Source of the DNA: a virus
Taxonomy: Duplodnaviria > Caudoviricetes
Virus record (IMG/VR): IMGVR_UViG_3300017991_000130
Location: 1 to 55,948 of that record
DNA length: 55,948 bases
Reading direction: 5' to 3' (one strand)
Below, one piece after another: positions 45,572 through 54,901 of this stretch. The stretch's first letter is position 1, and every line of letters starts with the position of its first letter. The translations under genes were made by a program, and so were the position numbers. The notes beneath the pieces are model-generated. The model saw only the letters and a list, made by a program, of their open reading frames with translations. It made no database searches and was not told the DNA's origin.

Positions 45572-46576
45572 TCAGCTCAGCCAGTCTCGCACATCCTTGC
45601 CGTGCTTGTCGGCAATCGGGTACGGGAGCGTGATCGAGCGCACTTCACGGGCCACCCGGGCGGCCAGTTTAGCCTGTTCGATGCCGCCGGCCTGCCCGTC
45701 CCGGTCGCAGTCGTGGACCACGTAGACTATCTTGCCGGCCAGGTGATCCCAGAATTCCTCGGGCAGCTTCTCGCGGCAGCCGCCGGCGTTGGCGATTACG
45801 ACATGGCGCTGCCGCAGCGATTCGGGAACGACAGACATCAAGGCCAACATGTCGCCCGGGCCCTCGGTCTTCCAGACCACCTCGGCATTGGCCAAGTGGT
45901 CCAGTCCCCAGCGGCCCATCCAGCCAGATCTTGAGCCGCCGACGGTGAGCATCTTGCGGGGTACCGGCGGCACGCCTTTGCCCTGAAAGAGCGGCAAGCC
46001 TCGGCCGGTCTTGTTCCAGATCACCCAGCCCGTGGGGTCGGCGTCCGCCAGGTGCGGCCCGTAGATCGGCAGGGCCACGACCGTGTAGCGCTGGTCCCTG
46101 GCCGGCCAGCCGGCGATGCGGGCCCCGGCGGCGATCGCCGCCCACTCGGTGATGGGCGGCTTGGTGGCGCACCACGCGCGGATCTGGTGCTGGCGGCCCT
46201 CCCGGAATACCAGCTTGTCGGAGGCCGACTCCGGCTGTCCGCCGCGGGGCAGTTTCACTCCGGTCTGGCGGGCGTAGTGCTTGCGGGCCTCCTTCCAGTC
46301 GCCAAAACCGCCCGCGGCAGCCGCGGCGAACTCGAAGAAGGAGACGTTCCGGCCCTCGCCCGTGAATTCCTTGTAGCGGCCCAGCACCGGGCCGTCGCCG
46401 GCGACGTTGACACCGGCCGACGGGTTGCGATCCTTTTCACCAGCCCCAAAGACGCGGCACGCCAGCCAGCCCGTGGCCGTCGGCCTGGTGCCGGTGATTT
46501 CGACGCCCAGAGCGGCGTACTCGGCCTTCAAGTCGAGCCGCTGGAGGATCTCGCGGGTCGCTGCTTGCCAATCCAT
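45572..46576 (-). CDS. TOPRIM-domain DNA primase
   Basis: KTEGPGD, HDCDRDG and GKDVRDWL; N-terminal DRNPSA zinc-binding-domain-like region. Confidence 0.85.
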   Translation of the reverse strand: MDWQAATREILQRLDLKAEYAALGVEITGTRPTATGWLACRVFGAGEKDRNPSAGVNVAGDGPVLGRYKEFTGEGRNVSFFEFAAAAAGGFGDWKEARKHYARQTGVKLPRGGQPESASDKLVFREGRQHQIRAWCATKPPITEWAAIAAGARIAGWPARDQRYTVVALPIYGPHLADADPTGWVIWNKTGRGLPLFQGKGVPPVPRKMLTVGGSRSGWMGRWGLDHLANAEVVWKTEGPGDMLALMSVVPESLRQRHVVIANAGGCREKLPEEFWDHLAGKIVYVVHDCDRDGQAGGIEQAKLAARVAREVRSITLPYPIADKHGKDVRDWLS

Positions 46577-46667
46577 AAGACTTCCCTTCCGTCTAATCCG
46601 TGTCTTCCGTGGTTTCCTTTGTGAGGGAACCACGGAACATGCGGAACACACAAAAGCTGCCGACGCA

Positions 46668-46922
46668 TTAGGCCAACTTCACCGCCAGCACGTCTACCAA
46701 GCGGCGGTCAAGATGCCTGACGACGATCTTCTCTTCGTGCAGGTCCGAGAGCGTCAATCGCCCTCGCCAGTGACTCGTGACTCGCAGCATCGTCCCGGCC
46801 GCTATTACGGTTCCGTTGCGAAGCGGAAGCAATTCTCGCAGCCGTACGACCGCGCCAATGTAGTCGTCCATCGACTGGACGAGATCGGAACACTGCCCGC
46901 TGGCGAGATTCTTGGCACACAT
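46668..46922 (-). CDS. Small hypothetical protein
   Basis: 84 aa, co-oriented. Confidence 0.55.
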   Translation of the reverse strand: MCAKNLASGQCSDLVQSMDDYIGAVVRLRELLPLRNGTVIAAGTMLRVTSHWRGRLTLSDLHEEKIVVRHLDRRLVDVLAVKLA

Positions 46923-46933
46923 AAGACTTCCCT

Positions 46934-47243
46934 TTACCTCCGTAGTGCATCACCCAGTATCAGCAGGCTCTCGCAGAGCCCTTCCAGCCGTTTGGCCAGC
47001 GCCAGCCGCTCCAGGGAGGAGTACTGATAGACCCAGACCTCGCTCTTGCCGAAGATGCCGGCGATCTCCCGGTTCGTCCGACCGCTCTTCTTCAGGGCCA
47101 CGACCGCCTCCATGATTTCCACTGCATCGTGCTGCTGGCGGCAGAAGTTGGCGGCCACGCTCGCGTAACACGTCCGCTTCCGCTTTTGCACTCTTCCACC
47201 TAAACCAATTCCGGATGTTGTCAATCCACAGGTCAGGTTTCAT
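46934..47243 (-). pseudogene. Truncated/frameshifted ParB-like HTH remnant
   Basis: ANFCRQQHDAVEIMEAVVALKKSGRTNREIAGIFGKSEVWV resembles the ParB HTH region but lies in a different frame from the ATG at 47243. Confidence 0.45.
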
Positions 47244-47268
47244 GTTTGCGTCCCCCGCAAATAACTAC

Positions 47269-47661
47269 TCAGCAGCCATTCCACTCCCACAGCCCCGGCG
47301 CGCCGCGATGCGGAATCGGCGGATCGAGTACGTGCACGTTCGCCAGGATCCAGCACCAAGGTCCTTCGGTGTGCGGATGATTGAGGACCTGGCCTGCGGT
47401 GAAGCGGCCGCGTTGGATCGGGCAGGTCGGGCGCAGCGACTTGAGCGAACGGAGTGGTATGCAAGCCACTAATTCGCACGTGGCCATGATCGAGCCGGTC
47501 GGATACAGCTCCAGCTCGTCACGCTCAAGGTACTGCCCCTTCCCGGCGTGGATCGCCAGCGGGCCGCGGTACTGCGTGCCCCAGCAGCGATTCTCCACCC
47601 ACTTCTCGCCCGAGGCGATCAGCGAGGCAAAGGGTTGTGAGACGGTAAGTGCCTTCATCAC
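47269..47661 (-). CDS. ASCH domain protein
   Basis: KALTVSQPFASLIASGEKWVENRCW...YRGPLAIHAGK...GAPGLW. Confidence 0.92.
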   Translation of the reverse strand: MMKALTVSQPFASLIASGEKWVENRCWGTQYRGPLAIHAGKGQYLERDELELYPTGSIMATCELVACIPLRSLKSLRPTCPIQRGRFTAGQVLNHPHTEGPWCWILANVHVLDPPIPHRGAPGLWEWNGC

Positions 47662-47846
47662 ATAACACCTGATCTCATGCGCCGTTGGCCGGTGCGGAAA
47701 GACTCTCGGCCCGGCCGTGCGGCTCCGGCTTCGCTCCCACCGGCGCGGGCTGTGGCGCCTTGCTGGGCATCGTCTTCTCCTTCATGATTTCGCGCTGTGG
47801 CTCATTACCTCCACGACAGCCCAGGACTCGAATTTGTCGTTCTCGG

Positions 47847-48386
47847 TCATTTCTGGAGTTTGATGGTTTGCGGCGGCACGTGTTCCTTCCAGAACTTCTC
47901 GCAGGCCCCGAAGATCCTCGCCTCACCGGCGCGGCGGCAGCCGACGGTCCACCAGTGGACCCGCGGATAGCGGATCGACCAGGCCACGATCGTGCCCTCG
48001 ACGCTCTTGGGCAGCAGGCAGCTCTTCCACTTCAGCCGATGTAGTGCCGGCCGCCAGATGTCCCGCAGGTCCGCCTCGACGACGATCGCCGCGAACGTCA
48101 TCCGATCGAGCCGCTGGATCTCGGCCTCGAACCGCCGGCGTTCCTGGCCCAGCGTGGCATACAGGTCTTCGAGGCTCTTGCGCTCGACGGCGAAGCGGTC
48201 CCGGAAACGCTCGATCGAGTAGTCGCCGGTGGGAAGATAGGTCCGCACCAGGCGGACCTGAGAGTAACCGAAGAGCGTCGCCACGCCGGCGAAGCGGTAG
48301 GGGGCCTGCTCGCGGTTGTCCACGAGGATCGTGAACGGGGCCGGCTTAAGCAGTCGCGTCCGTGCTGGTTTCATCGTGGTCTTCAT
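47847..48386 (-). CDS. ERCC4-domain nuclease (putative resolvase)
   Basis: VDNREQ, LPTGDYS and VERKSLEDL. Confidence 0.9.
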   Translation of the reverse strand: MKTTMKPARTRLLKPAPFTILVDNREQAPYRFAGVATLFGYSQVRLVRTYLPTGDYSIERFRDRFAVERKSLEDLYATLGQERRRFEAEIQRLDRMTFAAIVVEADLRDIWRPALHRLKWKSCLLPKSVEGTIVAWSIRYPRVHWWTVGCRRAGEARIFGACEKFWKEHVPPQTIKLQK

Positions 48387-48642
48387 CGATCGAAGAATCG
48401 AAGAGCGGCAACAGTTCCTTTACTTCAACTTCCCACCCCTGAGCCTCGGCCTGGCGTTTGGCCGCTTCGATGACCTCCTGGGCGTGTTGCTTGAAGACCC
48501 GGTCGAACGTGCCGTTGCGTTTGGTGCCGTGGAACACCCCGCCGCACATGCAGGTGCACCTCGTGCCCTTGGCGTTGTGGCATTTGCCGTCGCAGCGGCC
48601 CCTGGTGCCTTCAGAGTTGCCCCAGGACATGATGGTGGTCAT
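48346..48642 (-). CDS. Small Cys/His-rich phage protein
   Basis: RCDGKCHNAKGTRCTCMCGGVFHG; ATGA overlap. Confidence 0.7.
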   Translation of the reverse strand: MTTIMSWGNSEGTRGRCDGKCHNAKGTRCTCMCGGVFHGTKRNGTFDRVFKQHAQEVIEAAKRQAEAQGWEVEVKELLPLFDSSIDEDHDETSTDATA

Positions 48643-48869
48643 TCCGGCTCGTTCTCCTGATTGGCGTGATGCTCGCGGAGCTTGTGCTTGCAGGCGTATT
48701 CGTCCAGGTCCGCTTGTGCCCCGGCCCACGTCGATCGCAGCGGCAATCTGGGTGTCTTCAGCCGGGCCAGCGAGCCGTTTGGCTTACGCCAGTACGTGCA
48801 CCAGCACGTGCCGCCGGAAATGCCGTCCGAGACGAACAGTATCCGCGTTCGCCGGTCGCGGCGCATCAC
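48639..48869 (-). CDS. Small hypothetical protein
   Basis: Starts at GTG-ATG inside the 63-bp repeat; coupled to the next gene. Confidence 0.55.
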   Translation of the reverse strand: MMRRDRRTRILFVSDGISGGTCWCTYWRKPNGSLARLKTPRLPLRSTWAGAQADLDEYACKHKLREHHANQENEPE

Positions 48870-48882
48870 ATAACACCTGATC

Positions 48883-51276
48883 TCATGCGCCGTTGGCCGG
48901 TGCGGAAAGACTCTCGGCCCGGCCGTCCGGTTGGCCGTCTTCTTTGTCGTCTTCTTCATCGCTCAGGTCCTCGTTCCACGCCTCTTTCAACAGCCGCAGC
49001 CGCGCGGCCTCAATCTGCTCGGCCAGGAACGTCTTGCGGTGCCAGAGCCCGCTCGTGCGGCAGGAGGCATCGGCGACGTTCCGCCGGCCGATGGCGACAC
49101 AGTAGTCCTTGGCCCGGGAGATTGCCGTATACGTCCATTCGCGAGTCATCACCCGCCGGGCGCCGCCGTAGCCGTCGAGCATCACGAGGACGATCGGCCA
49201 CTCGCTGCCCTGGGACTTGTGGACGCTGATCGCGTAGGCCAGGTCGAAGTCGCAGCCGGCGGCCGGCTGGCCGTCCTCGCTCTCGTGCGGCCGGCCGCGG
49301 GGAACGCGCACCAGCCGCGCCGGCGTCTCCAGCCGGGCAGTGAATGAGCGTTCGGACAACTCCATTACGCGGGCCTGCTCGCCATTGGCCACGTAGGCTT
49401 CACCCGGCTGCGGCGAGCCGTTCTGGTCGCCTTCGATCAGGGGCAGCGTGCCGTTTTTCAAGCAGACGATCTTATCGCCCTCGCGGAAGGGGCAGCCGCC
49501 GACGGTCTCGCCAGTCGGATTGAGCAGCCCTTGGAGGTGCTTGTTGAGCAGCTTGCGGGCCAGCGGTGATTTGTCGTTCACGGGCACTACGACCTGGACG
49601 TCCCAGATCGGATCGTAGCGGCTCCCGTCGAGTCGGGCGTAAAACGCCTCCAGCTCGGCGATCTGCGCGGCCGGCTCCGATTGCTCGACGAGGACCAGGT
49701 TCTCCGGCTCGTCGCCCTCCAGCTCGAGCGCGGGTGAGAAGCGGATGCGATGCCGATCGCGGATCTCGGCACAACTCCGCACGATCCGCCCGGCGTTGCG
49801 GCGAATCTTCTGGAGGTGCCCGGAGGGCAGCCCGGCGGCGATCAGGTCTCGAAGCGGCGCCCCGTGGCCGACCGGGGCGAGCTGGTTGGGATCGCCCACC
49901 AAGAGCACGCGGCAGCCGTCGGGCCTGGCCGCCAAGAGCGAGGCAAAGAGACTGGTATCGCACATCGAAAATTCGTCGACGAAGAGGAAATCGAGCGCCA
50001 GCGGATTGTCCTCGTTATGCTCGAAACACCAGCCCTCTGCTCGCGTGCCCTGGCCCTCGGCCTGGACCACACCTAAGAGGCGGTGGATGGTCGTGGCCTG
50101 GATCGACAGACTTTGCTTGGCCAGACTCTCGGTGGCCCGGACAGCAGCCTTGCCCGTCGGCGCGCAGACGGCCACGCGGGCAGCGCCCTGTATTCGCTCG
50201 ATTCCGCGGATGATCTGTGCCAGGGCAAAGGTCTTTCCCGTCCCGGGCGAGCCGGCCAGGACGCCCATGAAGCCGCCCATGGCCTTGGTAACTTCCGCCT
50301 GCTGGTGCTCGCTGAGCAAAGGCATGTAGGTCGCCGGATCGGGCCACCAGGCCACCGAGGCCAGCGATTCCCGCTCGGCGCGGTGGACGTACTCGGCGGC
50401 CCGCGTTTCGGCCCACGCCTTGGCCGTCTCGGCAATCCAGCGGCAGCCGGCGGCATCGGCCCGCTCGGTCAGCAGGCCGTTCTCCCGGGCCAGTATCAGC
50501 GCCTCTTCGAGCTTCAGTTGCGCGCCGGAAATTGATTGCGCCAGCGCCCGCCGGCCGTCCTCCAGCCGGTACCAGGTGTGGCCTTCGCCCGTGGAGGCGA
50601 TCGCGTGCCACAGACAATACGCCTGCCTGGCGACGGCCGCCGGATCGTGGCCCAGCTCCAGGTACAAGGCATCGGCCCGCAGGAACCCCACGCCGGGGAA
50701 TTGCATCACGAGATACGGATTCTGGCGGACGATCCGCGGCGCGTCTTCGCCCCATTGGCGAATCAGTTTTTCGGGCAGCGAACGCGGGAAGCCCCGCTTG
50801 CCGATCAGCCCCTCCAGTTCGATCGTCACTCTCTCCAGCCGCTCGTGTGCGCGGAAGTACTCGGCAGCCGCCTCTGCCCGCTCGGGCGTGAGCCCCTCAA
50901 CCTCCTCGGCCACCAGGTCCGGATCGCTGCGCATGACCTCCAGCGACCGCTCGCGATAGAGGTTCCAGATCCGCTGAGCACGGGCCGAGCCGATGCCCGG
51001 GCCCTTGGTGAGATACCTCACCGTAGCCCGCTCGCCGGCGGGCATGGCGATCGTGAGACTCGTGAAGTGGAATTGTCGGCCGAACCGCGGGTGCGTAGTC
51101 CATTGTCCCATGAAGCGGTAGGTCAAGCCGCATTCGAGCGCCCCGCGGGCGGCGCGGCCTTTGACCACTGTGCCGTCTTCCAACGTGCCGATGACGGTCC
51201 GCCGTTCCGGGTCGGCGTCTTGGAAGACGTGCTTCTCCCAGTCGAAAACGCCAGAGACCTCCTCATGCCGATGCAC
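48883..51276 (-). CDS. recD2: RecD2-like superfamily 1B helicase
   Basis: HhH GPGIG and NPY..GVGF..AD; GSPGTGKT, CAPTGKAA, TIHRLL, VDEFSM, VGDPNQL and LAYAISVHKSQGSEW. Confidence 0.93.
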   Translation of the reverse strand: MHRHEEVSGVFDWEKHVFQDADPERRTVIGTLEDGTVVKGRAARGALECGLTYRFMGQWTTHPRFGRQFHFTSLTIAMPAGERATVRYLTKGPGIGSARAQRIWNLYRERSLEVMRSDPDLVAEEVEGLTPERAEAAAEYFRAHERLERVTIELEGLIGKRGFPRSLPEKLIRQWGEDAPRIVRQNPYLVMQFPGVGFLRADALYLELGHDPAAVARQAYCLWHAIASTGEGHTWYRLEDGRRALAQSISGAQLKLEEALILARENGLLTERADAAGCRWIAETAKAWAETRAAEYVHRAERESLASVAWWPDPATYMPLLSEHQQAEVTKAMGGFMGVLAGSPGTGKTFALAQIIRGIERIQGAARVAVCAPTGKAAVRATESLAKQSLSIQATTIHRLLGVVQAEGQGTRAEGWCFEHNEDNPLALDFLFVDEFSMCDTSLFASLLAARPDGCRVLLVGDPNQLAPVGHGAPLRDLIAAGLPSGHLQKIRRNAGRIVRSCAEIRDRHRIRFSPALELEGDEPENLVLVEQSEPAAQIAELEAFYARLDGSRYDPIWDVQVVVPVNDKSPLARKLLNKHLQGLLNPTGETVGGCPFREGDKIVCLKNGTLPLIEGDQNGSPQPGEAYVANGEQARVMELSERSFTARLETPARLVRVPRGRPHESEDGQPAAGCDFDLAYAISVHKSQGSEWPIVLVMLDGYGGARRVMTREWTYTAISRAKDYCVAIGRRNVADASCRTSGLWHRKTFLAEQIEAARLRLLKEAWNEDLSDEEDDKEDGQPDGRAESLSAPANGA

Positions 51277-51288
51277 AATCGTGCCTTC

Positions 51289-51837
51289 TCAAATGTGGGT
51301 CCACGTCTTTCGGTGCACAATCTGAAACACCGTGACTTGATGCACGCCAAACTCCTCTGCCAGTGATTTCATCGTGCATCCAGGCTTGTACCACTTGTAT
51401 CGCCGTCGAATTTCCAACACTTGGAATTCGCTCAGCACTGCACCGTTTTGTCGGCTTCCAAGAGCTTGATGTCCATTGCGTCTCTTGTCCCGTGCGTTTT
51501 CCTTCCACGTTCCCCAGCAAAGATTGCTTAAAGCATTGTTGATGGGATTGTCATCTAGGTGCCGAGCAACCATCCCGTTTGGACACGGCCCAACAAATGC
51601 TTCTAGCAGTAGCGAGCGAATCGTTCTGATCGTGTATTTCCCCTTGTGACACAGATTCACCATTAGATAACCGTGTTTGTGAGTGAACGTTTTTCGGCGT
51701 TTCCACTTGCCGGCCCTGGCGTAATGCGAACCGGGAATCTTGTTGGTCCAGACGCTGCCATTACTTCCAATACGGTAGCCGGGGAATCCATTAATCGGTC
51801 GGTACTCAACGCCGATCAGCTCTTTGTGGCGATGCAT
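51289..51837 (-). CDS. NUMOD4-HNH homing endonuclease
   Basis: GFPGYRIGSNGSV, AFVGPCP..MVARHLDDNPINNALSNLCWGT..EN, and a C-terminal HTH; lower GC. Confidence 0.9.
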   Translation of the reverse strand: MHRHKELIGVEYRPINGFPGYRIGSNGSVWTNKIPGSHYARAGKWKRRKTFTHKHGYLMVNLCHKGKYTIRTIRSLLLEAFVGPCPNGMVARHLDDNPINNALSNLCWGTWKENARDKRRNGHQALGSRQNGAVLSEFQVLEIRRRYKWYKPGCTMKSLAEEFGVHQVTVFQIVHRKTWTHI

Positions 51838-51956
51838 AATTGCTACACCAATACCGCATCTTCGTCATGGAACACCGACTCGCCGGCCGCTACACGGGCT
51901 GCGTAGATTTCCAAACGGGACCTGCCCGGCGGCGCAGATGTTGGTTGCGCGGCCGG

Positions 51957-52091
51957 TTACGGCTTGGCGGTCACGATGGCCCGTTCGATTGCTTCATTCT
52001 TCGCGGCGCGGTACGCGGCTTTCTTGGCCTTGATTTCCGCCGCGTGCTCGGCATAGTACGCGGCCATGTAGCTTTTGCGGTCGAACATCAT
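51957..52091 (-). CDS. Very small basic hypothetical protein
   Basis: MMFDRKSYMAAYYAEHAAEIKAKKAAYRA; ATGA overlap with the upstream gene. Confidence 0.4.
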   Translation of the reverse strand: MMFDRKSYMAAYYAEHAAEIKAKKAAYRAAKNEAIERAIVTAKP

Positions 52092-52381
52092 TTTGTACAA
52101 TCTGTGTATTCCGTGTGTTCTGTGATTCCTTTTGCCTTCGCCTCGTAGTAGCCGCGGAACCACCAGTACCGTGGAAGCCCTTGCGGATAGGGACAGTCTG
52201 ATTCGCTCCCGCCTGCGGCGGCCGCTTTGCGCCCGGCAGCCTCAACGGCGGACATCGGCTCCAGCACGAAATGCGGGCGGCGGCGTCTTGTGGCCGCTTG
52301 GGTCGCCTCCAGGCACTCCAGGCAATGACCCGTGATCTCATCAACGTCCGCCGCCAGCCCGCAGCCTAAGCATCGCCTCAT
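52088..52381 (-). CDS. Small protein with a Zn-ribbon and an Rmf/CrpP-like motif
   Basis: CLGC...CLEC, then GRKAAAAG....CPY......WFRGY. Confidence 0.55.
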   Translation of the reverse strand: MRRCLGCGLAADVDEITGHCLECLEATQAATRRRRPHFVLEPMSAVEAAGRKAAAAGGSESDCPYPQGLPRYWWFRGYYEAKAKGITEHTEYTDCTK

Positions 52382-52551
52382 AGCTCCAGCCTCCAACCGT
52401 GTTCGGTCCACACCAGTCGCGGCCCTTGATCGTCGTCGCTATCCGGCGGGGCGTCGGCCGTCGTTTCTGCCGCCTTCAGCAGTCCGGCAGCCGACATCAA
52501 CCGGCAGACCAGCCGATCCCACCAGGCGTAAATGCGGGCCAGAAAACGCAT
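52378..52551 (-). CDS. Small hypothetical protein
   Basis: AAGGAGG SD before MRFLARIY. Confidence 0.5.
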   Translation of the reverse strand: MRFLARIYAWWDRLVCRLMSAAGLLKAAETTADAPPDSDDDQGPRLVWTEHGWRLEL

Positions 52552-52657
52552 CGCAACACCTCCTTGCAGCTTACGGGAAAAGGCAGCCGACCGGCGGCTT
52601 CGTGCCCAGGGGCTCCTCTTTCCCCGCCGATCGGCTTGCCGGGAGCAGTTCTTTGAA

Positions 52658-53290
52658 TCAGAACAGATCGTCGCCGCCGTCGCCGAACGGCGAATCGCCG
52701 GCATCGAAGGGCGGCGTGTCTGGCGGCGGCTGCTTGTCGGCTGCCGGGCCTTCATCCGTGGCCACGCCGCCGCCGGGCTCGCCAAACGGATTGTCGGTGC
52801 CGCGATCCATTGCCAGCCGACGGCGGAACTCGGCCAGCTTGGCCTCGTTAAGCGGGATGCCCTTGGCCTTCGGCGAATCAATGGCCCAGATGTTGAAGTT
52901 CAACTTGTTCCGCGTCTTGCCCTGGTACTCCTCGGGCACCAGCTTGCCGCAAAACAGCCGGCCGATGGCCGGGCTCCAGTCGGTGCTCCATTGCTTTTCC
53001 GTATCCTTGAGCCGCTTCAATTCTTCGGCGCTGGTCATTCCCAGTGCAACGGCAAATTGCATCAACCGTCCCAACGCCGTCGGCGAGAGCGCAAAATACT
53101 CCCGATGAATCTTGCCCTCTTGGCCCGGCGTCGTGCCGGAACAGACCTCACAATCGGCCCACAGAGCGCCGCTCTTCGGGTCTTCAGGCTGGACCTCGAT
53201 TACCTCGAACAGATACTCGCCCGGCTCGGGCCGGTCTGGTCCGTCGAGCTTGTTAGGGTCGAACCCGTCTAGGTCATACTCGTACGTCAT
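52658..53290 (-). CDS. Putative single-stranded DNA-binding protein (DUF669-like)
   Basis: PEPGEYLFEV..., EEYQGKTRNKL and an acidic tail ending GGDDLF; adjacent to the annealase gene. Confidence 0.7.
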   Translation of the reverse strand: MTYEYDLDGFDPNKLDGPDRPEPGEYLFEVIEVQPEDPKSGALWADCEVCSGTTPGQEGKIHREYFALSPTALGRLMQFAVALGMTSAEELKRLKDTEKQWSTDWSPAIGRLFCGKLVPEEYQGKTRNKLNFNIWAIDSPKAKGIPLNEAKLAEFRRRLAMDRGTDNPFGEPGGGVATDEGPAADKQPPPDTPPFDAGDSPFGDGGDDLF

Positions 53291-53477
53291 GGTTTTGTGC
53301 TCCCTGTCTGTTGCAGGGCCGCTTCCACGGCCCTGAATTCGTAACTCGTGTGAGACCAAGTGGGCGGGTAGCCGATCGCTTCCAGCCCTGTGAAATAGAC
53401 CTCCTCACTGTCGTACCGCCGCACCAACGGGACAAATTGCGGCGGCCAGGCCCGCGAATCGAGCCACGGCCGCCGCG

Positions 53478-54455
53478 TCAGTTTCCCTCCCGCTTCGCCT
53501 GCTCGCGCTCGAGCACCTCGATCAGACCGTTGCAGTAGGCCTCGGACAGGTCCGAGACCTTTGCGGCACCGGCCCGGGCCAGCATCGCAGACAGCTTTTC
53601 GCGATTGACGCCCAGCGTCGTGACCAGGTGTTTGACCTTGGTGACCTGGTTGACCGTGGCCTTGCCGTTGGCCGGTGGGGACGCCGGTTCGGGCGGCGGT
53701 ACGTGCTTCGGCAACTCTTCGTCCGTCATCAGCCGCGTGGTCTTGCCCATCGCCTGGGCCTCCGCCTCGCTGGCCACCGTGCCGTCGTCCGGCCTGGCCG
53801 GTTTTGCCGCAGGCGGTGTGGCCTCGGTCGTTTTTGCCTCTTCGGCGGGGACGATGTCGGCCTCGATGTAGTCGGCCGTCTCTTCCGGCGTGTAGTGCCC
53901 CGCCACGACCTCCGGCGCGACGGCCCGCACGCCGTCACTGACCACGCGGGCCCAGAGCATCTGCATCCGCGACCGCGGCGTGGCGTACTTCGGCTTGACC
54001 TTCAGTCGGTCCGTTTTGCCAGTTGCCAGCAGTCCCACCAAATCCGATTCGCGCCCCTCGTAGACGAACGGTTCCTTCGCCGCGTCGGCCCACGTCAACT
54101 CGAAAACGTGGCTCTTGCGACTCTTCGTCAGCTTAATCGCCGCCCGTTCCGGCGAGCGCTCGAGAATCTCGTGCGAGCCGCCGGTCTGCGAGGCGAAGTC
54201 CGCCAGCATGGCGTCGGCCTTCATCGAGAGCTTGCCCTTGATCAGGTGGTACCGTTCAGCCAGTGCCAACGGTGGCATTTTCCGGGCGGCGCACTCCAGG
54301 GCCAGCACGTAGCCTTGGCTCGGCGTGTCGCAGCCGAACATGCCGCTGGAATGGATCATCCGGGCGAGTTCCTTCAAGAACTCGCCCGAGTCCTTGGCCC
54401 GGTCGTAGACCGTGGGCAGGGCCACCGTCTTGACCGGAGCAGAAAAGGTTGTCAT
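53478..54455 (-). CDS. RecT/Red-beta-like single-strand annealing protein
   Basis: HLIKGKLSMKADAMLA, TWADA and MLWARVVS...APEVVAGHYTPEE; lies between exonuclease and SSB-like genes. Confidence 0.7.
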   Translation of the reverse strand: MTTFSAPVKTVALPTVYDRAKDSGEFLKELARMIHSSGMFGCDTPSQGYVLALECAARKMPPLALAERYHLIKGKLSMKADAMLADFASQTGGSHEILERSPERAAIKLTKSRKSHVFELTWADAAKEPFVYEGRESDLVGLLATGKTDRLKVKPKYATPRSRMQMLWARVVSDGVRAVAPEVVAGHYTPEETADYIEADIVPAEEAKTTEATPPAAKPARPDDGTVASEAEAQAMGKTTRLMTDEELPKHVPPPEPASPPANGKATVNQVTKVKHLVTTLGVNREKLSAMLARAGAAKVSDLSEAYCNGLIEVLEREQAKREGN

Positions 54456-54484
54456 CGTCGTTTGCTCCCATTAGGGTTACTGGA

Positions 54485-54901
54485 TCAGTCGTGAAACCAC
54501 CGCTGGAGCCCGTCCAGCATGTTTTCCAGGGCCTCAAGCTGGCCGGCTGTCGCATAGCCCGTTCTCTCGATGGTGGCGACGATGTCCGCCGCTTTTTCGC
54601 TCACGCTAAGGGCAAACTCCTCTCCTCCGGGTGGAATGTCATCCGCCAGTTCCTGGATCTCCTCCGCAGCGGACAGGACTTCGCTCACCTCGGCCGGCTC
54701 CGGCTTGGCGGACGGTTTTCTCGGCGGCGGATCGGCACTCGCCGCCCTGACCAGCGGCGGGAAGACAGCCCGGTTCAGCACATTGAGCGAGTGATAGACG
54801 GTCGCCACTGGCGACATTTCCAGCCGTTGGGCGAGCCTCTGCAAGGCTGCCGCTGCGTCGCCGCTCAGTTCGAGCTTGATCGACTCGATCGAGCCAGCCA
54901 T
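54485..54901 (-). CDS. Hypothetical protein
   Basis: 138 aa; TGATG overlap. Confidence 0.6.
   Translation of the reverse strand: MAGSIESIKLELSGDAAAALQRLAQRLEMSPVATVYHSLNVLNRAVFPPLVRAASADPPPRKPSAKPEPAEVSEVLSAAEEIQELADDIPPGGEEFALSVSEKAADIVATIERTGYATAGQLEALENMLDGLQRWFHD

Larger units (their letters stand above)
47656..48926. repeat. 63-bp perfect direct repeat
   Basis: CATCACATAACACCTGATCTCATGCGCCGTTGGCCGGTGCGGAAAGACTCTCGGCCCGGCCGT at 47656-47718 and 48864-48926. Confidence 0.92.

Noticed and set aside
53300-53478. tRNA or ncRNA in the gap between the annealase and SSB-like genes
   Set aside because: Two GC-rich hairpins are present, but no cloverleaf or family signature could be built.
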